Shown here: in pieces, positions 36,593 through 49,380 of the stretch
How the letters are laid out: the number at the start of each line of letters is the position of its first letter
Position numbering within the stretch: position 1 is the stretch's first letter
Origin: the human T2T-CHM13v2.0 reference genome, Homo sapiens
Assembly: GCF_009914755.1 (NCBI RefSeq)
Contig: NC_060929.1
Strand: one strand, 5' to 3'
Length of the DNA stretch: 64,000 nucleotides
The notes under the pieces: generated by a model
Told to the model about the DNA's origin: nothing
The model's database searches: none
What the model saw: the letters and a program-made list of their open reading frames with translations, nothing else
Made by a program: the position numbers and the translations under genes

Positions 36593-39133
36593 ATCTTCAC
36601 ATAAAAAGTAGACCCAAGCATTCTCAGAAGGTTCTTTGTGATGTGTGCGTTCAACTCACAGACTTGAAACTTTCTTTTGATAGAGCAGTGTTGAAACACA
36701 CTTTTTGTAGAATCCACAAGTATTCGTTTGGAACGCTTTGTTGCCTGTGTGGGAAAAAGGAATATCTTCACTTAAAAACTAGACAGAAGCATTCTCTGAA
36801 ACTCCTCTTTGAAGTGTGTGTTCAATTCACATCGTTGAACCTTTCTTTTGATAGAGCAGTGTTGAAACATACTTTTTGTAGAATCTGCAAGTGTCCATTT
36901 CGAGTTCTTTTGTGCGTATGATGGAAATAGTGATATCTTCACCTGAAAAATAGACAGAAGCATTCCAGAAACTGCTTTGTAACATGTGCATTCAACTCAC
37001 AGTGTTGAACCTTCCTTTTGAGAGAGCGGTTTTGAAACAGTCTTTTTGTAGTATCTGCAAGTGGATATTTGCAGTGATTTGAGGCCGAAGAAGGAAAAGG
37101 AAATACTTTCAATAAAAAAACTAGACGGAATCATTTTCAGAAACTGCCTTGTGATGTGTGCATTCAACTCACAGAGTTGAACCTTCCTTTTGAGAGAGAA
37201 GTTTTGAAACAGTCTTTTTGTAGTATTTGCAAGTGGATATTTGGAGCGATTTGTGGAGTATGGTGGAAAATGAAATATCTTCACATACAAACTAGACAGA
37301 AGCATTGTCAGAAATTGCTTTGTGATGTGCGCATTTAAGTCACAGACTTGAAACTTCCTTTAGGTAGAGCAGTGTTGAAACACACTTTTTGTATAATCTA
37401 CAAGTGTTCTTTGGAGTGCTTTGTTGCCTATGTTGGAAAAAGAAATATCTTCACATAAAAACTAGACAGAAGCATTCTCAGAAACTCCTTTGTGATGGGT
37501 TTGTTCAATTCACATTGTTGAACCTTTCTTTTGATACAGCAGTGTTGAAACAAACATTTTGTGGAATCTGCAAGTGTTCATTTCAAATGCTTTGTGGCCT
37601 ATGTTGGAAAAAGTGATATCTTCACCTAAAAAATAGACAGAAGCATTCTCAGGAACTGCTTTGTAATATGTGCATTCAACTCACAGAGTTGAACCTTCCT
37701 TTTGAGAGAGCGGTTTTGAAACAGTCTTTTTGTAGTATCTGCAAGTGGATATTTGCAGCGATTTGAGGTCTAAGAAGGAAAAGGAAGTACCTTCAAATAA
37801 AAACTAGACAGAAGCTTTCTCAGAAACTGCTTTGTGATGTGTGCATTTAACTCAAAGTCTTGATCCTTACTTTTGTTAGAGCAGTGTTGAAACACACTTT
37901 TTGTAGAACCTGGTAGTGTTCATTTGGAGAGGTTTGTTGCCTATGGTGGAAAAAGGATTATCTTCTCTTAAAAACTAGACAGAAGCATTCTTAGAAACTG
38001 CTTTGTGATGTGTGTGTTCAATTCACAGAGTTGAAACTTTCCTTTGACAGAGCAGGTTTGAAACACTGCTTCTGTAGAATCTGCTTGTGGATATTGGGAG
38101 CTCCTTGAGGAATACGTTGTAAAAGGCATATCTTCACATACAAACTAGACAGAAGCATTCTCAGAAACTGCTTTGTGATGTGTGCATTCAACTCACAGAG
38201 TTGAACCTTCCATTTGAGAGAGCAGTGTTGAAACGGTCTTTTTGTAGTATCTTCAAGTGGATATTTGGAGCGATTTGATGCCTATGATGGAAAAGGAAAT
38301 ATCTTCACATACAAACTAGACAGAAGCATTCTCAGAAACTGCTTTGTGATGTGTGCATTCAACCCACAGAGTTGAACCTTCCTTTTGAGAGAGCAGTGTT
38401 GAAACGGTCTTTTGTAGTATCTGCAAGTGGATATTTGGAGCGATTTGAGGCCTATGATGGAAAAGGGAATATCTTCACATACAAACTAGACAGAAGCATT
38501 CTCAGAAACTGCTTTGTGATGTGTGCATTCAACCGACAGATTTGAACGTTCCTTTTGAGAGGGAGGTTTTGAAACACTCTTTTTGTAGTATCTGCAAGTG
38601 GATATTTGTAGTGACTTGGGGCCTCAGGTGGAAAAGGAAATACCTTCACATACAAAGTAGACAGAAGTATTCTCAGAAACTCCATTGTGATGTGTGCACT
38701 CAACTCACAGAGTTGAACCTTCCTTTTGAGAGAGCAGTTTTGAAACCGTCTTTTTGTAACGTCTGCAGGTGGATATTTGGAGCGATTCGAGTACTATGAT
38801 GGAAAAGGAAATATCTTCACATACAAACTAAACAGAAGCATTCTCAGAAACTTCTTGTGATGTGTGCATTCACCTAACAGAGTGGAACCGTTCTTTTGAT
38901 AGAGCAGTTTTGAATCAGTCTTTTGGTAGGACCTGCAAGTTTTCATTTGGAGCGCTTTGAAGCCCATGGTGGAAAAGGGACTATCTTCACAAAAAACTAG
39001 GCAGAAGCCTTCTCAGGAACTTCATTGAGATGTGTGCATTCAACTAACAGAGTTGAAACTGTCTTTTGACAGAGGAGGAATGAAACACTCCTTTTGTAGT
39101 ATCTGATTGTGTATATTTGGAACTCTTTGAGTT

Positions 39134-39150
39134 ATTCGTTGGAAACGGGT
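39134..39150 (+). promoter_or_regulatory. CENP-B box, intact
   Basis: ATTCGTTGGAAACGGGT. Confidence 0.93.
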
Positions 39151-41691
39151 ATCTTCACATAAAAAGTAGACCCAAGCATTCTCAGAAGGTTCTTTGTGAT
39201 GTGTGCGTTCAACTCACAGACTTGAAACTTTCTTTTGATAGAGCAGTGTTGAAACACACTTTTTGTAGAATCCACAAGTATTCGTTTGGAGCGCTTTGTT
39301 GCCTGTGTGGGAAAAAGGAATATCTTCACTTAAAAACTAGACAGAAGCATTCTCTGAAACTCCTCTTTGAAGTGTGTGTTCAATTCACATCGTTGAACCT
39401 TTCTTTTGATAGAGCAGTATTGAAACATACTTTTTGTAGAATCTGCAAGTGTCCATTTCGAGTTCTTTTGTGCGTATGATGGAAAAAGTGATATCTTCAC
39501 CTGAAAAATAGACAGAAGCATTACAGAAACTGCTTTGTAACATGTGCATTCAACTCACAGTGTTGAACCTTCCTTTTGAGAGAGCGGTTTTGAAACAGTC
39601 TTTTTGTAGTATCTGCAAGTGGATATTTGCAGTGATTTGAGGCCGAAGAAGGAAAAGGAAATACCTTCAAATAAAAAACTAGACGGAATCATTTTCAGAA
39701 ACTGCCTTGTGATGTGTGCATTCAACTCACAGAGTTGAACCTTCCTTTTGAGAGAGAAGTTTTGAAACAGTCTTTTTGTAGCATTTGCAAGTGGATATTT
39801 GGAGCGATTTGTGGAGTATGGTGGAAAATGAAATATCTTCACATACAAACTAGACAGAAGCATTGTCAGAAACTGCTTTGTGATGTGCGCATTTAAGTCA
39901 CAGACTTGAAACTTCCTTTAGGTAGAGCAGTGTTGAAACACACTTTTTGTATAATCTACAAGTGTTCTTTGGAGTGCTTTGTTGCCTATGTTGGAAAAAG
40001 AAATATCTTCACATAGAAACTAGACAGAAGCATTCTCAGAAACTCCTTTGTGATGGGTTTGTTCAATTCACATTGTTGAACCTTTCTTTTGATACAGCAG
40101 TGTTGAAACAAACATTTTGTAGAATCTGCAAGGGTTCATTTCAAATGCTTTGCGGCCTATGTTGGAAAAAGTGATATCTTCACCTAAAAAATAGACAGAA
40201 GCATTCTCAGGAACTGCTTTGTAATATGTGCATTCAACTCACAGAGTTGAACCTTCCTTTTGAGAGAGCGGTTTTGAAACAGTCTTTTTGTAGTATCTGC
40301 AAGTGGATATTTGGAGCGATTTGAGGTCTAAGAAGGAAAAGGAAGTACCTTCAAATAAAAACTAGACAGAAGCTTTCTCAGAAACTGCTTTGTGATGTGT
40401 GCATTTAACTCAAAGTCTTGATCCTTACTTTTGTTAGAGCAGTGTTGAAACACACTTTTTGTAGAACCTGGTAGTGTTCATTTGGAGAGATTTGTTGCCT
40501 ATGGTGGAAAAAGGATTATCTTCTCTTAAAAACTAGACAGAAGCATTCTTAGAAACTGCTTTGTGATGTGTGTGTTCAATTCACAGAGTTGAAACTTTCC
40601 TTTGACAGAGCAGGTTTGAAACACTGCTTCTGTAGAATCTGCTTGTGGATATTGGGAGCTCCTTGAGGAATACGTTGTAAAAGGCATATCTTCACATACA
40701 AACTAGACAGAAGCATTCTCAGAAACTGCTTTGTGATGTGTGCATTCAACTCACAGAGTTGAACCTTCCATTTGAGAGAGCAGTGTTGAAACGGTCTTTT
40801 TGTAGTATCTTCAAGTGGATATTTGGAGCGATTTGAGGCCTATGATGGAAAAGGAAATATCTTCACATACAAACTAGACAGAAGCATTCTCAGAAACTGC
40901 TTTGTGATGTGTGCATTCAACCCACAGAGTTGAACCTTCCTTTTGAGAGAGCAGTGTTGAAACGGTCTTTTGTAGTATCTGCAAGTGGATATTTGGAGCG
41001 ATTTGAGGCCTATGATGGAAAAGGAAATATCTTCACATACATACTAGACAGAAGCATTCTCAGAAACTGCTTTGTGATGTGTGCATTCAACCGACAGATT
41101 TGAACTTTCCTTTGGAGAGGGAGGTTTTGAAACAGTCTTTTTGTAGTATCTGCAAGTGGATATTTGTAGTGACTTGGGGCCTCAGGTGGAAAAGGAAATA
41201 CCTTCACATACAAAGTAGACAGAAGTATTCTCAGAAACTCCATTGTGATGTGTGCACTCAACTCACAGAGTTGAACCTTCCTTTTGAGAGAGCAGTTTTG
41301 AAACAGTCTTTTTGTAACGTCTGCAGGTGGATATTAGGAGCGATTCAAGTACTATGATGGAAAAGGAAATATCTTCACATACAAACTAAACAGAAGCATT
41401 CTCAGAAACTTCTTGTGATGTGTGCATTCACCTAACAGAGTGGAACCGTTCTTTTGATAGAGCAGTTTTGAATCAGTCTTTTGGTAGGACCTGCAAGTTT
41501 TCATTTGGAGCGCTTTGAAGCCCATGGTGGAAAAGGGACTATCTTCACAAAAAACTAGGCAGAAGCCTTCTCAGGAACTTCACTGAGATGTGTGCATTCA
41601 ACTAACAGAGTTGAAACTGTCTTTTGACAGAGGAGGAATGAAACACTCCTTTTGTAGTATCTGATTGTGTATATTTGGAACTCTTTGAGTT

Positions 41692-41708
41692 ATTCGTTGG
41701 AAACGGGT
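41692..41708 (+). promoter_or_regulatory. CENP-B box, intact
   Basis: ATTCGTTGGAAACGGGT. Confidence 0.93.
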
Positions 41709-44247
41709 ATCTTCACATAAAAAGTAGACCCAAGCATTCTCAGAAGGTTCTTTGTGATGTGTGCGTTCAACTCACAGACTTGAAACTTTCTTTTGATAGA
41801 GCAGTGTTGAAACACACTTTTTGTAGAATCCACAAGTATTCGTTTGGAGCGTTTTGTTGCCTATGTGGGAAAAAGGAATATCTTCACTTAAAAACTAGAC
41901 AGAAGCATTCTCTGAAACTCCTCTGTGAAGTGTGTGTTCAATTCACATCGTTGAACCTTTCTTTTGATAGAGCAGTGTTGAAACATACTTTTTGTAGAAT
42001 CTGCAAGTGTCCATTTCGAGTTCTTTTGTGCGTATGCTGGAAAAAGTGATATCTTCACCTGAAAAAGACAGAAGCATTCCAGAAACTGCTTTGTAACATG
42101 TGCATTCAACTCACAGTGTTGAACCTTCCTTTTGAGAGAGCGGTTTTGAAACAGTCTTTTTGTAGTATCTGCAAGTGGATATTTGCAGTGATTTGAGGCC
42201 GAAGAAGGAAAAGGAAATACCTTCAAATAAAAAACTAGACGGAAGCATTTTCAGAAACTGCCTTGTGATGTGTGCATTCAACTCACAGAGTTGAACCTTC
42301 CTTTTGAGAGAGAAGTTTTGAAACAGTCTTTTTGTAGTATTTGCAAGTGGATATTTGGAGCGATTTGTGGAGTATGGTGGAAAATGAAATATCTTCACAT
42401 ACAAACTAGACAGAAGCATTCTCAGAAACTGCTTTGTGATGTGCGCATTTAAGTCACAGACTTGAAACTTCCTTTAGGTAGAGCAGTGTTGAAACACACT
42501 TTTTGTATAATCTACAAGTGTTCTTTGGAGTGCTTTGTTGCCTCTTTTGGAAAAAGAAATATCTTCACATAGAAACTAGACAGAAGCATTCTCAGAAACT
42601 CCTTTGTGATGGGTTTGTTCAATTCACATTGTTGAACCTTTCTTTTGATACAGCAGTGTTGAAACAAACATTTTGTAGAATCTGCAAGGGTTCATTTCAA
42701 ATGCTTTGCAGCCTATGTTGGAAAAAGTGATATCTTCACCTAAAAAATAGACAGAAGCATTCTCAGGAACTGCTTTGTAATATGTGCATTCAACTCACAG
42801 AGTTGAACCTTCCTTTTGAGAGAGCGGTTTTGAAACAGTCTTTTTGTAGTATCTGCAAGTGGATATTTGGAGCGATTTGAGGTCTAAGAAGGAAAAGGAA
42901 GTACCTTCAAATAAAAACTAGACAGAAGCTTTCTCAGAAACTGCTTTGTGATGTGTGCATTTAACTCAAAGTCTTGATCCTTACTTTTGTTAGAGCAGTG
43001 TTGAAACACACTTTTTGTAGAACCTGGTAGTGTTCATTTGGAGAGATTTGTTGCCTATGGTGGAAAAATGATTATCTTCTCTTAAAAACTAGACAGAAGC
43101 ATTCTTAGAAACTGCTTTGTGATGTGTGTGTTCAATTCACAGAGTTGAAACTTTCCTTTGACAGAGCAGGTTTGAAACACTGCTTCTGTAGAATCTGCTT
43201 GTGGATATTGGGAGCTCCTTGAGGAATACGTTGTAAAAGGCATATCTTCACATACAAACTAGACAGAAGCATTCTCAGAAACTGCTTTGTGATGTGTGCA
43301 TTCAACTCACAGAGTTGAACCTTCCATTTGAGAGAGCAGTGTTGAAACGGTCTTTTTGTAGTATCTTCAAGTGGATATTTGGAGCGATTTGAGGCCTATG
43401 ATGGAAAAGGAAATATCTTCACATACAAACTAGACAGAAGCATTCTCAGAAACTGCTTTGTGATGTGTGCATTCAACCCACAGAGTTGAACCTTCCTTTT
43501 GAGAGAGCAGTGTTGAAACGGTCTTTTGTAGTATCTGCAAGTGGATATTTGGAGCGATTTGAGGCCTATGATGGAAAAGGAAATATCTTCACATACAAAC
43601 TAGACAGAAGCATTCTCAGAAACTGCTTTGTGATGTGTGCATTCAACCGACAGATTTGAACTTTCCTTTGGAGAGGGAGGTTTTGAAACAGTCTTTTTGT
43701 AGTATCTGCAAGTGGATATTTGTAGTGACTTGGGGCCTCAGGTGGAAAAGGAAATACCTTCACATACAAAGTAGACAGAAGTATTCTCAGAAACTCCATT
43801 GTGATGTGTGCACTCAACTCACAGAGTTGAACCTTCCTTTTGAGAGAGCAGTTTTGAAACAGTCTTTTTGTAACGTCTGCATGTGGATATTTAGAGCGAT
43901 TCGAGTAGTATGATGGAAAAGGAAATATCTTCACATACAAACTAAACAGAAGCATTCTCAGAAACTTCTTGTGATGTGTGCATTCACCTAACAGAGTGGA
44001 ACCGTTCTTTTGATAGAGCAGTTTTGAATCAGTCTTTTGGTAGGACCTGCAAGTTTTCATTTGGAGCGCTTTGAAGCCCATGGTGGAAAAGGGACTATCT
44101 TCACAAAAAACTAGGCAGAAGCCTTCTCAGGAACTTCACTGAGATGTGTGCATTCAACTAACAGAGTTGAAACTGTCTTTTGACAGAGGAGGAATGAAAC
44201 ACTCCTTTTGTAGTATCTGATTGTGTGTATTTGGAACTCTTTGAGTT

Positions 44248-44264
44248 ATTCGTTGGAAACGGGT
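44248..44264 (+). promoter_or_regulatory. CENP-B box, intact
   Basis: ATTCGTTGGAAACGGGT. Confidence 0.93.
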
Positions 44265-46805
44265 ATCTTCACATAAAAAGTAGACCCAAGCATTCTCAGA
44301 AGGTTCTTTGTGATGTGTGCGTTCAACTCACAGACTTGAAACTTTCTTTTGATAGAGCAGTGTTGAAACACACTTTTTGTAGAATCCACAAGTATTCCTT
44401 TGGAGCGCTTTGTTGCCTATGTGGGAAAAAGGAATATCTTCACTTAAAAACTAGACAGAAGCATTCTCTGAAACTCCTCTGTGAAGTGTGTGTTCAATTC
44501 ACATCGTTGAACCTTTCTTTTGATAGAGCAGTGTTGAAACATACTTTTTGTAGAATCTGCAAGTGTCCATTTCGAGTTCTTTTGTGCGTATGCTGGAAAA
44601 AGTGATATCTTCACCTGAAAAATAGACAGAAGCATTCCAGAAACTGCTTTGTAACATGTGCATTCAACTCACAGTGTTGAACCTTCCTTTTGAGAGAGCG
44701 GTTTTGAAACAGTCTTTTTGTAGTATCTGCAAGTGGATATTTGCAGTGATTTGAGGCCGAAGAAGGAAAAGGAAATACCTTCAAATAAAAAACTAGACGG
44801 AAGCATTTTCAGAAACTGCCTTGTGATGTGTGCATTCAACTCACAGAGTTGAACCTTCCTTTTGAGAGAGAAGTTTTGAAACAGTCTTTTTGTAGTATTT
44901 GCAAGTGGATATTTGGAGCGATTTGTGGAGTATGGTGGAAAATGAAATATCTTCACATACAAACTAGACAGAAGCATTGTCAGAAACTGCTTTGTGATGT
45001 GTGCATTTAAGTCACAGACTTGAAACTTCCTTTAGGTAGAGCAGTGTTGAAACACACTTTTTGTATAATCTACAAGTGTTCTTTGGAGTGCTTTGTTGCC
45101 TATGTTGGAAAAAGAAATATCTTCACATAAAAACTAGACAGAAGCATTCTCAGAAACTCCCTTGTAATGGGTTTGTTCAATTCACATTGTTGAACCTTTC
45201 TTTTGATACAGCAGTGTTGAAACAAACATTTTGTAGAATCTGCAAGGGTTCATTTCAAATGCTTTGCGGCCTATGTTGGAAAAAGTGATATCTTCACCTA
45301 AAAAATAGACAGAAGCATTCTCAGGAACTGCTTTGTAATATGTGCATTCAACTCACAGAGTTGAACCTTCCTTTTGAGAGAGCGGTTTTGAAACAGTCTT
45401 TTTGTAGTATCTGCAAGTGGATATTTGGAGCGATTTGAGGTCTAAGAAGGAAAAGGAAGTACCTTCAAATAAAAACTAGACAGAAGCTTTCTCAGAAACT
45501 GCTTTGTGATGTGTGCATTTAACTCAAAGTCTTGATCCTTACTTTTGTTAGAGCAGTGTTGAAACACACTTTTTGTAGAACCTGGTAGTGTTCATTTGGA
45601 GAGATTTGTTGCCTATGGTGGAAAAATGATTATCTTCTCTTAAAAACTAGACAGAAGCATTCTTAGAAACTGCTTTGTGATGTGTGTGTTCAATTCACAG
45701 AGTTGAAACTTTCCTTTGACAGAGCAGGTTTGAAACACTGCTTCTGTAGAATCTGCTTGTGGATATTGGGAGCTCCTTGAGGAATACGTTGTAAAAGGCA
45801 TATCTTCACATACAAACTAGACAGAAGCATTCTCAGAAACTGCTTTGTGATGTGTGCATTCAACTCACAGAGTTGAACCTTCCATTTGAGAGAGCAGTGT
45901 TGAAACGGTCTTTTTGTAGTATCTTCAATTGGATATTTGGAGCGATTTGAGGCCTATGATGGAAAAGGAAATATCTTCACATACAAACTAGACAGAAGCA
46001 TTCTCAGAAACTGCTTTGTGATGTGTGCATTCAACCCACAGAGTTGAACCTTCCTTTTGAGAGAGCAGTGTTGAAACGGTCTTTTGTAGTATCTGCAAGT
46101 GGATATTTGGAGCGATTTGAGGCCTATGATGGAAAAGGAAATATCTTCACATACAAACTAGACAGAAGCATTCTCAGAAACTGCTTTGTGATGTGTGCAT
46201 TCAACCGACAGATTTGAACTTTCCTTTGGAGAGGGAGGTTTTGAAACAGTCTTTTTGTAGTATCTGCAAGTGGATATTTGTAGTGACTTGGGGCCTCAGG
46301 TGGAAAAGGAAATACCTTCACATACAAAGTAGACAGAAGTATTCTCAGAAACTCCATTGTGATGTGTGCACTCAACTCACAGAGTTGAACCTTCCTTTTG
46401 AGAGAGCAGTTTTGAAACAGTCTTTTTGTAACGTCTGCATGTGGATATTTGGAGCGATTCGAGTACTATGATGGAAAAGGAAATATCTTCACATACAAAC
46501 TAAACAGAAGCATTCTCAGAAACTTCTTGTGATGTGTGCATTCACCTAACAGAGTGGAACCGTTCTTTTGATAGAGCAGTTTTGAATCAGTCTTTTGGTA
46601 GGACCTGCAAGTTTTCATTTGGAGCGCTTTGAAGCCCATGGTGGAAAAGGGACTATCTTCACAAAAAACTAGGCAGAAGCCTTCTCAGGAACTTCACTGA
46701 GATGTGTGCATTCAACTAACAGAGTTGAAACTGTCTTTTGACAGAGGAGGAATGAAACACTCCTTTTGTAGTATCTGATTGTGTGTATTTGGAACTCTTT
46801 GAGTT

Positions 46806-46822
46806 ATTCGTTGGAAACGGGT
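46806..46822 (+). promoter_or_regulatory. CENP-B box, intact
   Basis: ATTCGTTGGAAACGGGT. Confidence 0.93.
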
Positions 46823-49363
46823 ATCTTCACATAAAAAGTAGACCCAAGCATTCTCAGAAGGTTCTTTGTGATGTGTGCGTTCAACTCACAGACTTGAAAC
46901 TTTCTTTTGATAGAGCAGTGTTGAAACACACTTTTTGTAGAATCCACAAGTATTCCTTTGGAGCGCTTTGTTGCCTATGTGGGAAAAAGGAATATCTTCA
47001 CTTAAAAACTAGACAGAAGCATTCTCTGAAACTCCTCTGTGAAGTGTGTGTTCAATTCACATCGTTGAACCTTTCTTTTGATAGAGCAGTGTTGAAACAT
47101 ACTTTTTGTAGAATCTGCAAGTGTCCATTTCGAGTTCTTTTGTGCGTATGCTGGAAAAAGTGATATCTTCACCTGAAAAATAGACAGAAGCATTCCAGAA
47201 ACTGCTTTGTAACATGTGCATTCAACTCACAGTGTTGAACCTTCCTTTTGAGAGAGCGGTTTTGAAACAGTCTTTTTGTAGTATCTGCAAGTGGATATTT
47301 GCAGTGATTTGAGGCCGAAGAAGGAAAAGGAAATACCTTCAAATAAAAAGCTAGACGGAAGCATTTTCAGAAACTGCCTTGTGATGTGTGCATTCAACTC
47401 ACAGAGTTGAACCTTCCTTTTGAGAGAGAAGTTTTGAAACAGTCTTTTTGTAGTATTTGCAAGTGGATATTTGGAGCGATTTGTGGAGTATGGTGGAAAA
47501 TGAAATATCTTCACATACAAACTAGACAGAAGCATTGTCAGAAACTGCTTTGTGATGTGTGCATTTAAGTCACAGACTTGAAACTTCCTTTAGGTAGAGC
47601 AGTGTTGAAACACACTTTTTGTATAATCTACAAGTGTTCTTTGGAGTGCTTTGTTGCCTATGTTGGAAAAAGAAATATCTTCACATAAAAACTAGACAGA
47701 AGCATTCTCAGAAACTCCTTTGTAATGGGTTTGTTCAATTCACATTGTTGAACCTTTCTTTTGATACAGCAGTGTTGAAACAAACATTTTGTAGAATCTG
47801 CAAGGGTTCATTTCAAATGCTTTGCGGCCTATGTTGGAAAAAGTGATATCTTCACCTAAAAAATAGACAGAAGCATTCTCAGGAACTGCTTTGTAATATG
47901 TGCATTCAACTCACAGTGTTGAACCTTCCTTTTGAGAGAGCGGTTTTGAAACAGTCTTTTTGTAGTATCTGCAAGTGGATATTTGGAGCGATTTGAGGTC
48001 TAAGAAGGAAAAGGAAGTACCTTCAAATAAAAACTAGACAGAAGCTTTCTCAGAAACTGCTTTGTGATGTGTGCATTTAACTCAAAGTCTTGATCCTTAC
48101 TTTTGTTAGAGCAGTGTTGAAACACACTTTTTGTAGAACCTGGTAGTGTTCATTTGGAGAGATTTGTTGCCTATGGTGGAAAAAGGATTATCTTCTCTTA
48201 AAAACTAGACAGAAGCATTCTTAGAAACTGCTTTGTGATGTGTGTGTTCAATTCACAGAGTTGAAACTTTCCTTTGACAGAGCAGGTTTGAAACACTGCT
48301 TCTGTAGAATCTGCTTGTGGATATTGGGAGCTCCTTGAGGAATACGTTGTAAAAGGCATATCTTCACATACAAACTAGACAGAAGCATTCTCAGAAACTG
48401 CTTTGTGATGTGCGCATTCAACTCACAGAGTTGAACCTTCCATTTGAGAGAGCAGTGTTGAAACGGTCTTTTTGTAGTATCTTCAATTGGATATTTGGAG
48501 CGATTTGAGGCCTATGATGGAAAAGGAAATATCTTCACATACAAACTAGACAGAAGCATTCTCAGAAACTGCTTTGTGATGTGTGCATTCAACCCACAGA
48601 GTTGAACCTTCCTTTTGAGAGAGCAGTGTTGAAACGGTCTTTTGTAGTATCTGCAAGTGGATATTTGGAGCGATTTGAGGCCTATGATGGAAAAGGAAAT
48701 ATCTTCACATACAAACTAGACAGAAGCATTCTCAGAAACTGCTTTGTGATGTGTGCATTCAACCGACAGATTTGAACTTTCCTTTGGAGAGGGAGGTTTT
48801 GAAACAGTCTTTTTGTAGTATCTGCAAGTGGATATTTGTAGTGACTTGGGGCCTCAGGTGGAAAAGGAAATACCTTCACATACAAAGTAGACAGAAGTAT
48901 TCTCAGAAACTCCATTGTGATGTGTGCACTCAACTCACAGAGTTGAACCTTCCTTTTGAGAGAGCAGTTTTGAAACAGTCTTTTTGTAACGTCTGCATGT
49001 GGATATTTGGAGCGATTCGAGTAGTATGATGGAAAAGGAAATATCTTCACATACAAACTAAACAGAAGCATTCTCAGAAACTTCTTGTGATGTGTGCATT
49101 CACCTAACAGAGTGGAACCGTTCTTTTGATAGAGCAGTTTTGAATCAGTCTTTTGGTAGGACCTGCAAGTTTTCATTTGGAGCGCTTTGAAGCCCATGGT
49201 GGAAAAGGGACTATCTTCACAAAAAACTAGGCAGAAGCCTTCTCAGGAACTTCATTGAGATGTGTGCATTCAACTAACAGAGTTGAAACTGTCTTTTGAC
49301 AGAGGAGGAATGAAACACTCCTTTTGTAGTATCTGATTGTGTGTATTTGGAACTCTTTGAGTT

Positions 49364-49380
49364 ATTCGTTGGAAACGGGT
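49364..49380 (+). promoter_or_regulatory. CENP-B box, intact
   Basis: ATTCGTTGGAAACGGGT. Confidence 0.93.
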
